Below are positions 51,626-62,000 of a DNA stretch of 64,000 nt, piece by piece. The position numbers were made by a program, and so were the translations under genes. Positions within the stretch are counted from its first letter, which is position 1. Every line of letters starts with the position of its first letter. The DNA lies in NCBI GenBank assembly GCA_964502815.1, contig CAZCXV010000005.1:2706-66705 (forward strand), in the 5' to 3' direction. The notes under the pieces are model-generated. The model saw nothing but the letters and a program-made list of their open reading frames with translations. It did not search any database and was not told the DNA's origin. The DNA comes from an uncultured Gammaproteobacteria bacterium. GTDB taxonomy: Bacteria; Patescibacteriota; Microgenomatia; UBA8517.

Positions 51626-52195
51626 ATGAATCCAATAGCCAAACTATATCAGTCTTCGAAAACGGTCTTTACGAATAAAGATTTAGCTGTAATTTGGGAG
51701 GAAAATGACCCTTCAAGATTGTGGTCAAAAACATATCGTTATTTAAAAAAGGGGTTGTTGACTAGGTTAGCAAGAGGGGTATATGTAAAGAATAAAGATT
51801 ATGACCCCTTGGAATTGGCAACGAGTCTTTATTTACCCTCATACATTAGTTTTGAAACAATTTTCAGACAAGTTGGATTTGTATTCCAGTATTATGAAAC
51901 CATATTTGTGGCAAGCAATATTTCAAAAACTGTGATTGTTGATGACAAAAAAATTATCTTTAGAAGGTTAAAAGATGAAATTTTGTACAGTCCTGAAGGG
52001 ATAGTAAAAGAAGGGAACTATAATATTGCTTCTCCTGAAAGGGCATTTCTGGACATGTTGTACTTGGCGCCTAATTATTATTTTGATAATTTAAATCTGC
52101 TTAATTGGGAAAACTGCTTTGAACTTGTAAACGTATATAATAATAAACAATTAGTCAAAAGACTAAAAACCTATCAAAAAGATTATGCTAAATAA
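51626..52195 (+). CDS. AbiEi-like antitoxin (type IV TA)
   Basis: RLARGVY wing, PSYISFET, IASPERAFLD.LY. Confidence 0.85.
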   Translation: MNPIAKLYQSSKTVFTNKDLAVIWEENDPSRLWSKTYRYLKKGLLTRLARGVYVKNKDYDPLELATSLYLPSYISFETIFRQVGFVFQYYETIFVASNISKTVIVDDKKIIFRRLKDEILYSPEGIVKEGNYNIASPERAFLDMLYLAPNYYFDNLNLLNWENCFELVNVYNNKQLVKRLKTYQKDYAK

Positions 52196-52895
52196 AGCAC
52201 AACACAGACGGATAATGGGTCAGATATTGAAGGATATCTTTTCTGACATTTTTCTTGCACCAATTATGGGGTTCAAAGGTGGGACTTGTGCCGCCTTTTT
52301 CTATGATCTGTCCAGACCATCGGTCGATTTAGATTTTGATTTGTTTAAAGTTGATGAAGGGACTCAAAAAATAGTCTTTGAAAAAATCTTAAAAATTGCA
52401 CAGAATTATGGCAAAATTAAAAATAGCTATATAAAATACCATACCATTTTTATTTTACTTTCTTATGGAGAAAAAGATCACAACATAAAAATTGAAACTA
52501 ATACCAGGCTCGATCCTGCAAACTCTAAAGATTACTTTGTGCCTAAGGAATATCTTGGAATTACCATACTTGTTCCGGTCAAAAATTATATGTTTGCCAA
52601 TAAGCTTGTAGCTTTGACAACTCGCTTGAGGGTAGTAAATCGCGACATCTATGATATCTGGTATTTTGCCAAAAGTAATTGGGATATTGACGTTGAAATA
52701 ATCAAACATAAGACTGGCAAGGATCTTTCAAGCTATCTCAATGATTGCATCCAGGTGATTGAAAAAGTAAAAGACAATGAAATATTGCAAGGACTAGGTG
52801 AGCTTTTAGATGAGAAAGAAAAAATCTGGGTCAAAAGTCATCTGCGTAAAGAAGCGATTTTCCAATTAAAAAACTACCTTGCAGCATTGAAATAA
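52185..52895 (+). CDS. AbiEii-family nucleotidyltransferase toxin
   Basis: FKGGT, R.SVDLDF, MFANK, RDIYD. Confidence 0.9.
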   Translation: MLNKAQHRRIMGQILKDIFSDIFLAPIMGFKGGTCAAFFYDLSRPSVDLDFDLFKVDEGTQKIVFEKILKIAQNYGKIKNSYIKYHTIFILLSYGEKDHNIKIETNTRLDPANSKDYFVPKEYLGITILVPVKNYMFANKLVALTTRLRVVNRDIYDIWYFAKSNWDIDVEIIKHKTGKDLSSYLNDCIQVIEKVKDNEILQGLGELLDEKEKIWVKSHLRKEAIFQLKNYLAALK

Positions 52896-52952
52896 TACCT
52901 CTTAATCGTCAATTTGAACTCTCTTGCAATCCTCTGATATACTATTTCCTGC

Positions 52953-54233
52953 ATGGTGCAAGACAACATAATTCTTCCTAAAAACACTAAAGTTCCCTCT
53001 CATATTGCCCTTGTTCTAGATGGTAACAGAAGATGGGCCAGATCCAGGGGGTTGGCACCTACAGAAGGTCATAAGGCAGGCTACAGAGCTGTCCTGGAAG
53101 TTTCCAAAGCCGCAAGAGACCTCGGAGTGCATACATTCACAGCTTGGGCCTTGTCAACTGAAAACTGGCGGGAAAGACCAGAGAGAGAAGCTAAGGTCAT
53201 TTTTCATTTGGCTAAAAAGGCCTTGAAACTAATAGCCAAGGATGCCAAAAGAGAAGGAGTGAGGTTTATTCATCTTGGCAGAAAAGATAGGTTGCCAAAA
53301 GAAATAATCGCTGAAATCATTAAGCTCGAAAAGGCAACAGACCACTATACTAAGCATGTTTTTAACCTGGCTTTAGATTATGGTGGAAGAGATGAAATAG
53401 TCAGAGCGGTGCAAAAAATTGTTGATGATCAGATTCCATCAGAAAAAATCGACGACAAACTTTTTGAGAAATATTTAGATACCGGAGATCAGCCGTATCC
53501 ATATGTTGATTTATTCATTAGAACCTCAGGCGAACAGAGAACATCTGGCCTCATGCCCTGGCAAAACGATTATGCCGAGTATTACTGGGAGGAAGGCCAC
53601 TTGCCGGATTTTACTCCTGAAAAATTAAAAGCTGCTATTCTTGATTATTCCAGACGCAGGAGAAGATTTGGAGGAAATGATGCCGTGGAGCATTTTACTT
53701 TCAAACCCGAGCTTGCAGCTAAACTTGAAATAAACTGGTGGAGGCTTCGAAATATTCCTCAGGGAGTCAGCTTTACGCAGTATGCAGTTAAACACTTAAA
53801 AGAACAATATGGCCTCTCTAAAGAACTGGCGGGAAAAGCTGCTAAATATATGCTTCTGGCAGTCAAGGATGGGGATGCCAATAAGTGGGGTAAGGCAGGA
53901 ATAAACCTAAAAAGGTTTTATAAACTGATAAAAGAAGAATTAAAAATAGCCTTTGAGCCAAAACTGGTTGCTTCTTTAGAAATAAAGCTTTGGCAGGATC
54001 TTAAAAACAAAGATTCTGTTAAAAGCGCAGCTGTTGCAGAGGAGTCCGCAAGGCAGCTGTATGCCGAAAGTTATAGAATTTCTCTTTTTCAGGCTGCAAA
54101 ATTAGCTCACTTGAGGGTTCTTGCAAATATAGAGCGAAATATGGCTGAAAAAGGCATGGGAGAAGATCATTGGGATAGGGCAGAAGATTACCTCCACAAG
54201 TTTTACAGTGAACTCAAGAACAGAGTAGCTTGA
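52953..54233 (+). CDS. uppS: Undecaprenyl diphosphate synthase with a C-terminal helical extension of about 185 aa
   Basis: HIALVLDGNRRWA, GH..G, STENW, YGGRDEI, IRTSGEQR.SG, RRFGG, then an extra domain. Confidence 0.93.
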   Translation: MVQDNIILPKNTKVPSHIALVLDGNRRWARSRGLAPTEGHKAGYRAVLEVSKAARDLGVHTFTAWALSTENWRERPEREAKVIFHLAKKALKLIAKDAKREGVRFIHLGRKDRLPKEIIAEIIKLEKATDHYTKHVFNLALDYGGRDEIVRAVQKIVDDQIPSEKIDDKLFEKYLDTGDQPYPYVDLFIRTSGEQRTSGLMPWQNDYAEYYWEEGHLPDFTPEKLKAAILDYSRRRRRFGGNDAVEHFTFKPELAAKLEINWWRLRNIPQGVSFTQYAVKHLKEQYGLSKELAGKAAKYMLLAVKDGDANKWGKAGINLKRFYKLIKEELKIAFEPKLVASLEIKLWQDLKNKDSVKSAAVAEESARQLYAESYRISLFQAAKLAHLRVLANIERNMAEKGMGEDHWDRAEDYLHKFYSELKNRVA

Positions 54234-54252
54234 ACTCAAGAACAGAGTAGCT
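54209..54252 (+). repeat. Perfect 22-bp tandem duplication at the uppS 3' end
   Basis: TGAACTCAAGAACAGAGTAGCT twice (54209-54230, 54231-54252). Confidence 0.9.
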
Positions 54253-54319
54253 TATTATACTTGACAAGGTTTAAGGACTGCGATTTACTTAAAGAAAGCT
54301 TAGTAAACCTAAATAATTC

Positions 54320-55324
54320 ATGCCCAAACAAATAATAATATTACCAATTATTGTAGTTGTGGTGTTTTTTGTATTTGGAAATAAATTTCTTCAGAAACAA
54401 TCAAATTCTATTAATTCTGTTGAAAAAGTCAGAGTGGGCATCTCAAAAGTTGCACCCGAACTCTCAAGTCTTATTGTGATTGCAAACAATAAAGGTTATT
54501 ATAAAGAAGAGGGATTAGAAGTTATATTAACCAATGAAGAAAACGGTATAATAGGTCAACAAAACCTTCTTGCAAACAAAGAAGACATCATAACCACTTC
54601 GGAGTTTGGTTTTGTTAGGAATAGTTTTTCTGATTCTTCCTCAAAAATAATTGCCACAATTGATCGTGTAATTTTCATTGACGTTATTGCCAGACGTGAT
54701 AAGGGGATTAGTGTCCCAGCTGATCTAAAGAATAAAAAAATAGGTTATGTTTCCAAAACATCTCTTGAATATTTCTTGTCGAAATTTTTAACTTTTAACA
54801 ATATGTCGCTTAGTGATGTCAAATCTATGGATCTTACTTTTATTGAATCGCAAGAAGCCCTAGCCACGGGCAAAATCGACGCAGTGGTGGTGAATGATCT
54901 ATTTGCCTATCAAATAAATAAGACGCTTGGCACCAATGGTGTTAGTTGGGATGCCCAGAGTGGTCAAGATGTTTTTTCATCAGTTGTCAGCACGGATGAA
55001 TTTATAGAGTCTCATCCGCAGGAAGTTGAGCGTTTTCTAAGAGCCCTCGTACGTGCAGAACAGTTTGTAAAAACGGATCCCGATCAAGTGAAACAAATTG
55101 TAAAGGATTATTTTCATTTGGAGCAAGAATATTTTGACCAATCGTGGGGTAAAAACAACTTCACCATATCACTTGACCAATCTTTATTGTTGATAATGGA
55201 GGATGAGGCAAGATGGGTAATAGCAAACAAACTTACTGATAAGACAAAAATCCCCGATTATATTGACTTAATCTACCCAGATGCCTTGCGTAAAGTGAAA
55301 TTAGAAGGTGTCACGCTTTATTAA
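54320..55324 (+). CDS. SsuA/NMT1-like substrate-binding protein
   Basis: N-terminal anchor, IA..KGYY.EEGL.V, DLK.KKIG, G.IDA. Confidence 0.88.
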   Translation: MPKQIIILPIIVVVVFFVFGNKFLQKQSNSINSVEKVRVGISKVAPELSSLIVIANNKGYYKEEGLEVILTNEENGIIGQQNLLANKEDIITTSEFGFVRNSFSDSSSKIIATIDRVIFIDVIARRDKGISVPADLKNKKIGYVSKTSLEYFLSKFLTFNNMSLSDVKSMDLTFIESQEALATGKIDAVVVNDLFAYQINKTLGTNGVSWDAQSGQDVFSSVVSTDEFIESHPQEVERFLRALVRAEQFVKTDPDQVKQIVKDYFHLEQEYFDQSWGKNNFTISLDQSLLLIMEDEARWVIANKLTDKTKIPDYIDLIYPDALRKVKLEGVTLY

Positions 55325-55350
55325 TTTATGCTATTGTTATATACAAAAAT

Positions 55351-56346
55351 ATGACTAAGTATCTACTCGTTTTTGTAGCCATTATTATTTTGACTGGTGT
55401 TTACTTTGTGGCGCAAAAACAGCGACCACAAACACCTCGAACCGCTGAAAAACTAACTATTGCTATGTTTGATAATCCCACCTTTGCGTTAGTATTGATC
55501 GCCCAAAACAAAGGGTATTTCAAAGATGAAAATTTGGAAGTTACTTACAGGCGCATTGGCAGTGGCATAAGTAATTTGACTGATGCACTCGAAGGGAATT
55601 CTGATATCGGTTGGGCATACGAAACACCGATTGTCAGAAAGATATATGAAGGAGAAAAGTTGGGTATCATCACCACCCTTCACACATCTAGTAAAAACGT
55701 TGCTTTGATTGCTCGAAAAGATAGAGGCATTTCAACGGTAAATGATTTCAAGGGTAAAAAAATCGGGGTTTCAACAGGTTCAGCTTATGAATTTTTCCTG
55801 TATTCCTATCTTCTAAGTCAAGGAATTAACTTAAGCGATATAACATTCGTACATACAGATTTTGGAAATACGGCAACCATACTCAAAAATGGAAAAGTGG
55901 ACGCGGTGGCAATAGGAAACCCATGGTTTTATGATATAGAGAAGGCATACCCACCAGAATCACTTTCAATTTTTCAGTCCGAGGTATATACAGAGAACAG
56001 TATTTTAGCTGGTAGAGAGGATATTGTTGTAAATAAAAAGGAAGCAATAATAAGATTATTGAGAGCATTGGTGAAAGCAGAAAACTTTTATAGAACCAAT
56101 AATAAAGAAGCGCTAAATGCGGTTGTTGCCGAGCTCCCGGCTGTGTCTGAAGAAAGTATTCGAGGTACTTGGGATCATTTTACGCCCGCATTAAAACTGG
56201 ACAATGTATTACTGACACTTTTGAACCGAGAAGGACAATGGTTTAAAGATAACGGAATTTATACAACCGAGCTCCCGGATTTTAAAAAAGCTATATTTAC
56301 TGACTATTTAAAAACTGTAAAGCCGGAAGTGGTTACACTCTACTAG
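55351..56346 (+). CDS. SsuA/NMT1-like substrate-binding protein (paralogue)
   Basis: IA.NKGYF.DE.L.V, DFKGKKIG, GKVDA. Confidence 0.88.
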   Translation: MTKYLLVFVAIIILTGVYFVAQKQRPQTPRTAEKLTIAMFDNPTFALVLIAQNKGYFKDENLEVTYRRIGSGISNLTDALEGNSDIGWAYETPIVRKIYEGEKLGIITTLHTSSKNVALIARKDRGISTVNDFKGKKIGVSTGSAYEFFLYSYLLSQGINLSDITFVHTDFGNTATILKNGKVDAVAIGNPWFYDIEKAYPPESLSIFQSEVYTENSILAGREDIVVNKKEAIIRLLRALVKAENFYRTNNKEALNAVVAELPAVSEESIRGTWDHFTPALKLDNVLLTLLNREGQWFKDNGIYTTELPDFKKAIFTDYLKTVKPEVVTLY

Positions 56347-56362
56347 TGAGTAGCAATGAAAA

Positions 56363-58330
56363 ATGAAACTTGGATTAAAAATAATTCTGCCAATACTTTT
56401 ACTTCTTATTGTTTTGTTGGGATCATTTAGATATCTTCTTTCTAGCTTAGAACAACAAGAAACAGTAATTTCCAAACAACTAACAAGGATTCAAAAACTC
56501 AACAGTCTTAATGAGCGGCTAAAAAGACAACAAGAACAAACAGATTACAATACTCTCTCTTATGTGTTTGATCAAAACAGAGCATTTCTCCAGGAAATAT
56601 CGCAGGCAGAAATCGATAAGTCAAAAACACTCGATGAGATGTATCCATACATAACATCTTCTCGAGGACGAGAATTAGTAAATAATTATATTTTTGCAAA
56701 AAAGGGTGTCGAGTTACTTTGGAATGGATTGATAATAGCAATTGATACGGGCGATACTGTGCAAATTAAGTTTTCCTATAATCGGTGGAATATCCAAACC
56801 CAAAATATTAAGGCTGCATTAACCGATATTCAAGTTTACAACATTAATTCATTGGAAAAGACCCTCACTGCAGTTGACATAATTAGAGCTAAGATTTCCC
56901 AAATAATGACAATGCTGGCTTTGATAATTATTGCTACAGTCATATTTATTTATTTTTATCTCAGAGTTTTTATAATCATGCCGCTCATAAAACTCGCTCA
57001 CTTCGCTGATGAAATTGCCAATAAAAACTTTACTACTACTACTACTACTACTGGTATTAATTCAAATGATGAGATTGGTATGTTGTCCCGTAGCTTTAAC
57101 ACAATGAGCATGAAATTAAAGGCATATTATATGGAGCTGGAACAGAAAGTAGAGAATAGGACTAAATATCTGTCAATTAAGATTTCGGAGTTGGAAGAGA
57201 CAAAAAAAGCCACCTTGAATATTTTAGAAGATTTGCAATTGTCCCAGAAACGGGCCGAGATATTAGCAAATGATTTGGAAAAATTCAAATTGGCAGTTGA
57301 TAATACCTCTGACATGGTACTTATTACCGATCCTGAAGGAATTGTTCTTTATGGAAATAAAGCGGTAGAAAAGGTGACTGGTTATACGTCTAAAGAAGCA
57401 CTTGGCGAAAAATCTGGAACTCTTTGGAAAAAACCCATGTCACCAGAGTACTATCAAATATTATGGGATACTATTAAGAACAAGAAAAAGACTTATACAG
57501 GTGAAATACAAAATAAGAGGAAATCAGGCGAGATTTATACGGCAATACTGAATATATCTCCGATTCTGGATAACAATGGTGAGATAATTTATTTTGTTGC
57601 TATTGAGCGTGATATCAGTAAAGACAAGGAGATAGAAATGGCAAAAGACGAGTTTTTGGCTATAACTTCACACGAACTTAGAACTCCTCTTGCAGTTATA
57701 AAAGGAAATGCTTCAATGTTAATTGAGGGAGTTATTAAAGGAGTTTCTGGTGAAGCCAAAAATGTTCTTGGAGATATTTACGAATCGAGCGAAAGATTGG
57801 TAGGACTTGTCAATAGTTTCCTCGATGTTTCTAGAATGAGTCTTGGAAAGATATCGTTTAATATCAAAGACATCGATATTACAAAAATATGTATCAAAGT
57901 AATTAATCAATTCAATGGCCAGCTTGAGGAAAAAGGACTCAAAGTCAAATATACCCCGCTTGATAATTTGCCATTTGTAGTTGCTGATCCAGAGAAATTT
58001 GAACAGGTAATGGTTAATCTTCTTGGAAATAGCATTAGATATAGCCAGAAAGGAGAAATTGTCGTTAATCACGAATTAAAGAATGGCTTTATAGAAACTT
58101 TAGTAACTGATTTTGGAATTGGGATTTCAAAAGAGATGCAAAAATTACTTTTTACAAAGTTTCAACAGGGAGCTGATGGAATTTTGAATAGACAATCTGG
58201 AAGTACGGGCTTAGGGCTTTTTATTTCAAAAATGCTACTTGAAAAGATGGATGGAAAGATCTATCTTGTAAGGAGTGAACTGGGAAAAGGTAGTACATTT
58301 GGTTTTACTCTTCCAGTTGCAAATAAATAA
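56363..58330 (+). CDS. Sensor histidine kinase (2 TM, HAMP, PAS, HisKA, HATPase)
   Basis: DEIG.L..SFN.M, PAS (N.A.EK.TGY), SHELRTPL, NLLGNS.RY, DFG.GI, GLGL. Confidence 0.95.
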   Translation: MKLGLKIILPILLLLIVLLGSFRYLLSSLEQQETVISKQLTRIQKLNSLNERLKRQQEQTDYNTLSYVFDQNRAFLQEISQAEIDKSKTLDEMYPYITSSRGRELVNNYIFAKKGVELLWNGLIIAIDTGDTVQIKFSYNRWNIQTQNIKAALTDIQVYNINSLEKTLTAVDIIRAKISQIMTMLALIIIATVIFIYFYLRVFIIMPLIKLAHFADEIANKNFTTTTTTTGINSNDEIGMLSRSFNTMSMKLKAYYMELEQKVENRTKYLSIKISELEETKKATLNILEDLQLSQKRAEILANDLEKFKLAVDNTSDMVLITDPEGIVLYGNKAVEKVTGYTSKEALGEKSGTLWKKPMSPEYYQILWDTIKNKKKTYTGEIQNKRKSGEIYTAILNISPILDNNGEIIYFVAIERDISKDKEIEMAKDEFLAITSHELRTPLAVIKGNASMLIEGVIKGVSGEAKNVLGDIYESSERLVGLVNSFLDVSRMSLGKISFNIKDIDITKICIKVINQFNGQLEEKGLKVKYTPLDNLPFVVADPEKFEQVMVNLLGNSIRYSQKGEIVVNHELKNGFIETLVTDFGIGISKEMQKLLFTKFQQGADGILNRQSGSTGLGLFISKMLLEKMDGKIYLVRSELGKGSTFGFTLPVANK

Positions 58331-58692
58331 TGGCAAAAATACTTATAGTTGAGGATTCAGAACCGGTTGCAAATATGTACCAGAGACAGCTTGAAGCAGA
58401 TGGGCACAAGGTTGTCCGTGCGGCTAATGGAAAGATTGGTTTAGCAAAAGTTAAAAGTGAAAATCCTGACTTGGTACTTTTGGATATAATCCTGCCTGAA
58501 ATATCCGGGCTTGATTTTTTAGCTAAAATACAAAGCAGTCCAGATACAAAAAAAATTCCAGTTGTGGCTGTTTCAGCATTTGGAAGTGAAGAAAATCAAA
58601 AAAAGGCTTTGGAACTTGGCTCAAAAGAATTTATTGAAAAAGAGAATGTAAACCCTTCAGATGTAGTAAAAATAGTGAACAAATACCTCTAA
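58330..58692 (+). CDS. Single-domain response regulator (receiver only)
   Basis: ILIVED, DLVLLD..LP..SG, conserved Ser and Lys; 120 aa. Confidence 0.93.
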   Translation: MAKILIVEDSEPVANMYQRQLEADGHKVVRAANGKIGLAKVKSENPDLVLLDIILPEISGLDFLAKIQSSPDTKKIPVVAVSAFGSEENQKKALELGSKEFIEKENVNPSDVVKIVNKYL

Positions 58693-58745
58693 ACCATACT
58701 TGACAACTTTTCACGGATATGATCTGATTAGATATAGTCTCTTTC

Positions 58746-59009
58746 TATGTATTTGCATAGGTAAATGAAGCTAATATAAAATAAATTGGTTAAGAATCTG
58801 CCCGGATCGCTTGAAGAAGAGAACAAAAAATTGGTACAGATCAGTAAAGCTGCTCTGATTTTAGGTGTCTCTATTGATACTTTGAGACGTTGGGATAAAA
58901 AAGGTATCTTAAAAGCAGTCAAATCTAAAGGTAAACGTTTCTATTTACTTGAAGAACTTGAAAAGTTTGGTAAAGAGAAAACAAAATCTTCTACCTATGC
59001 AAATACATA
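58746..59009. repeat. Perfect 18-bp inverted repeat pair bracketing the start and HTH of the giant gene
   Basis: TATGTATTTGCATAGGTA (58746-58763) and TACCTATGCAAATACATA (58992-59009). Confidence 0.85.
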
Positions 59010-62000
59010 TGCAAATGAGCCTGAAAAAACAGAAAAACTAGATTGGCAAGTTTTTCAATGGTTGAGTAGTGCAGTTGAATCAGTTAAAAAGGCTCAAGTC
59101 AGGCTTTTGTCTTTCAATAAAATTATAAGGTTTTCAGTTTTAATACCCTTGGTACTATTTCTGGTTGTCATTTTTCTTGTCTCTTTTCTATTTTTACTCA
59201 AGCCCCGGGCAACTACAGAGTTTTTTAATTATAAATTAAAATCTCAAATAGTTAATGAGAAAGGGGAAACTGCAGCAGTTTTGGCGGCACAAACCTCAAG
59301 TGAAGCAATTTCAAGCCAAAATATCATTGCAAATTATCTTCAAGGACCAGCTAATATATCGGTGAAGATACTGCGAACTATTGGAAATGAGCAAGCTACA
59401 GAAATTGTTCTACCATCTGAAGAACTTGATCAGATTAGGCAGCGGCTGGGAATTGTTGGAGAAGGGGATATAAGTCCAAACGGTAGTTTAGTTCTTAGAG
59501 ACATTTCTCAGATTAAGATTGGAAACGAAGACTTGTTGACTAGATTAAATACTGAGTTTTCCAAAACACCAGACCAAAATACAACTATCGAGACTAGAAT
59601 TGGGGAAATAAAATCTGATTCAAATCGGCTTAGCGTTAACTCCTTGGACGGAGTGTCCGTTTTTAGTCTTGATTTAGCAGGTATACTTGCCGATATTTCA
59701 GCAGATTCTGTTAAAAGTGAGAATATCAAAGATGGAGAAGTTAAAAATTCCGATCTTTCCCAAATTACCGATACAAATAAAGTAGCTGGATCTGCAGTTC
59801 AACTTTCTTCAACTGGAGGACTAATAAACAGTTCTGGTCTTTCATTATCTATTTCTTGCTCTTCAAATCAAATTCTTGTCTGGGATGGTGATTCTTGGGA
59901 ATGTGGTACTCAAACTGGTGGAGGCGGTGGGTCTTATTTAGCTGGTAATGATTTAGACATAACGGGGACGACTTTTGATATAGAAGCAACTTTAGATAGT
60001 GTATCTACTGTCAACTTTTTAGGAACTGGGACAATAAATGGACTTGATTTAATTGATGACACATCAGAATCAACAATTGAAAGTTCTATTGATACGCTGG
60101 CAAATCTTACTTCTGCCTCCTCTTTAGTTACAGTTGGAACATTGACAGGTGGGGCTACTGGGTCTGGTTTTACACTGAATTTTGGTTCTTCTACCTTATC
60201 AGGCAATATTACAGGTACAAATATATCGGGAATTGATATTTCAGATGATACAAATTTATCAGCAACAAGTGGAATAAGTTTAACGGGAGATCAATTAACG
60301 GCCACTTTAGGAACAACAATTGCCAATTCTGAGATTGATATCGATACAATTAATTTTGATAGGCTCGATTCAAGCCTGACTTTAGATGAAGCAACAACAA
60401 TCTCATCAGGATCCGCTCTTGGATTTAGTATTGGCAACAATGTAACTTTTGCAGTAACCGGAACAGGTCAAATAATTGCAACAGACTTATCATGTAGTGA
60501 TTGTATTGGTTCAACAGAAATATCGGGATTGACTTGGTCAGAGATTTCTTCCACCCCAACCACTCTCTCTGGTTATGGAATTACTGATGGATTATCAACT
60601 TCAATAATTCAAACAGCAGATGGATATTTTGGCGATATCTATCTCAAAGATGATACCTCTCCATCTCACTATCTGCAAATCACCAATGCCCAGAATCTAA
60701 CTGCAGCCCACGTTCTTTCTATTTCAACATCAGATGCGGACCGTACACTGACCATTTCTGCCAATTCAACTATCTCTGGAACAAATACAGGAGATCAGAC
60801 GATAACCCTTACAGGAGATGTAACAGGAAGTGGAACAGGAAGTTTTGCAGCAACTATTGAAAATGACAAGATTTTAGAAGTGCATTTAAAGGCAGTTGAT
60901 GGGGCAACAGATGAAGAATGCCTAACTTATGAATCAACCGTCGGAGATTTTGAATGGCAAAGCTGTGGAGCTGGAGGATCAACAACTTGGGATGCAATTG
61001 GTGATCCTACTCTTGGGGGAGCTATTGCCATGGCTGAGACTACTCAAACAATGGACTGGAACAGTAATGACGTTACAGCCCTTGCAGTTGATGGTTTAAC
61101 GCTTACCTATACTAATGATGCGGCAACTGACATTTTAAACCAAAATCTTTTGACCTTGGCAAATGTCAACACTTCTGGGTCTAGTACTACTGAAGCTTTG
61201 TTGGTGATTGACAACAGAGATACTAATGAAGCAGTTACCGCTGGTATTCGGATCATTTCTGCAGCAGGTGGGATAACAAAGGGAGTTGATTTTGACGATA
61301 CCGATATTGTAACCGACATTGAATTTCAAAATGACGAAACAATGGATAATAATACTAACGGCCAGCTTACCTTCACCGGTGTAGGTCAGACAAATAATGG
61401 CACATTGACACTTGATTTAGAAACAAATAGCATACCAACCTTAACATCTTCAACAGATACTGCAATAGGAATAGACGAAGATCTGCAGTTTATTGGAGCG
61501 CAAACTATAAGTACTTCAACTGGAAACCTAACAATTGATTCTGGAGCAAACACTATTTTAGCAGATGCAACAATCCAGCTTTCAAATGCAGGTTTTGCGT
61601 CTTGTTCTACTTTAGCGACAGATTCTTCCGGAAACCTTACTTGTAGTGGTATTGGAGATACTGCTTCTTTTAGCGATACAACGCCTGCAGCTATTGCAGA
61701 TAATGATACAACCGAACTTTTTAACGATGCGACCAGACCAAATATCACGCCAAACTCTACGGGTTCAACCATACTTATCACTGTTCACGACCGGTTTACT
61801 GGGGGTGGAAATACCGATACTGACGCTGCAGTGCAGATCTACCGTAAAGTTGGTGGTAATCCAACTTGTGGCACAGACACTTTGGTTGGAGACAATTTCA
61901 GCGCTTTTCTGACCAACGGAACTGACATCAATGATGCGACAGGTACATTTCTAGATTCACCAGCGACTACAAGCAATGTCTTTTATACTGTTTGTTCAAG

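Noticed and set aside
55305-55318. GAAGGTGTCACGCT resembling the 25-bp palindrome core
   Set aside because: Arms do not pair and the peptide EGVTLY matches the paralogue's EVVTLY, so it is native coding sequence
54257-58706. 11-bp direct repeat ATACTTGACAA flanking the SBP-kinase cluster as att sites
   Set aside because: Both copies contain a TTGACA -35 element, which explains most of the match; no integrase present
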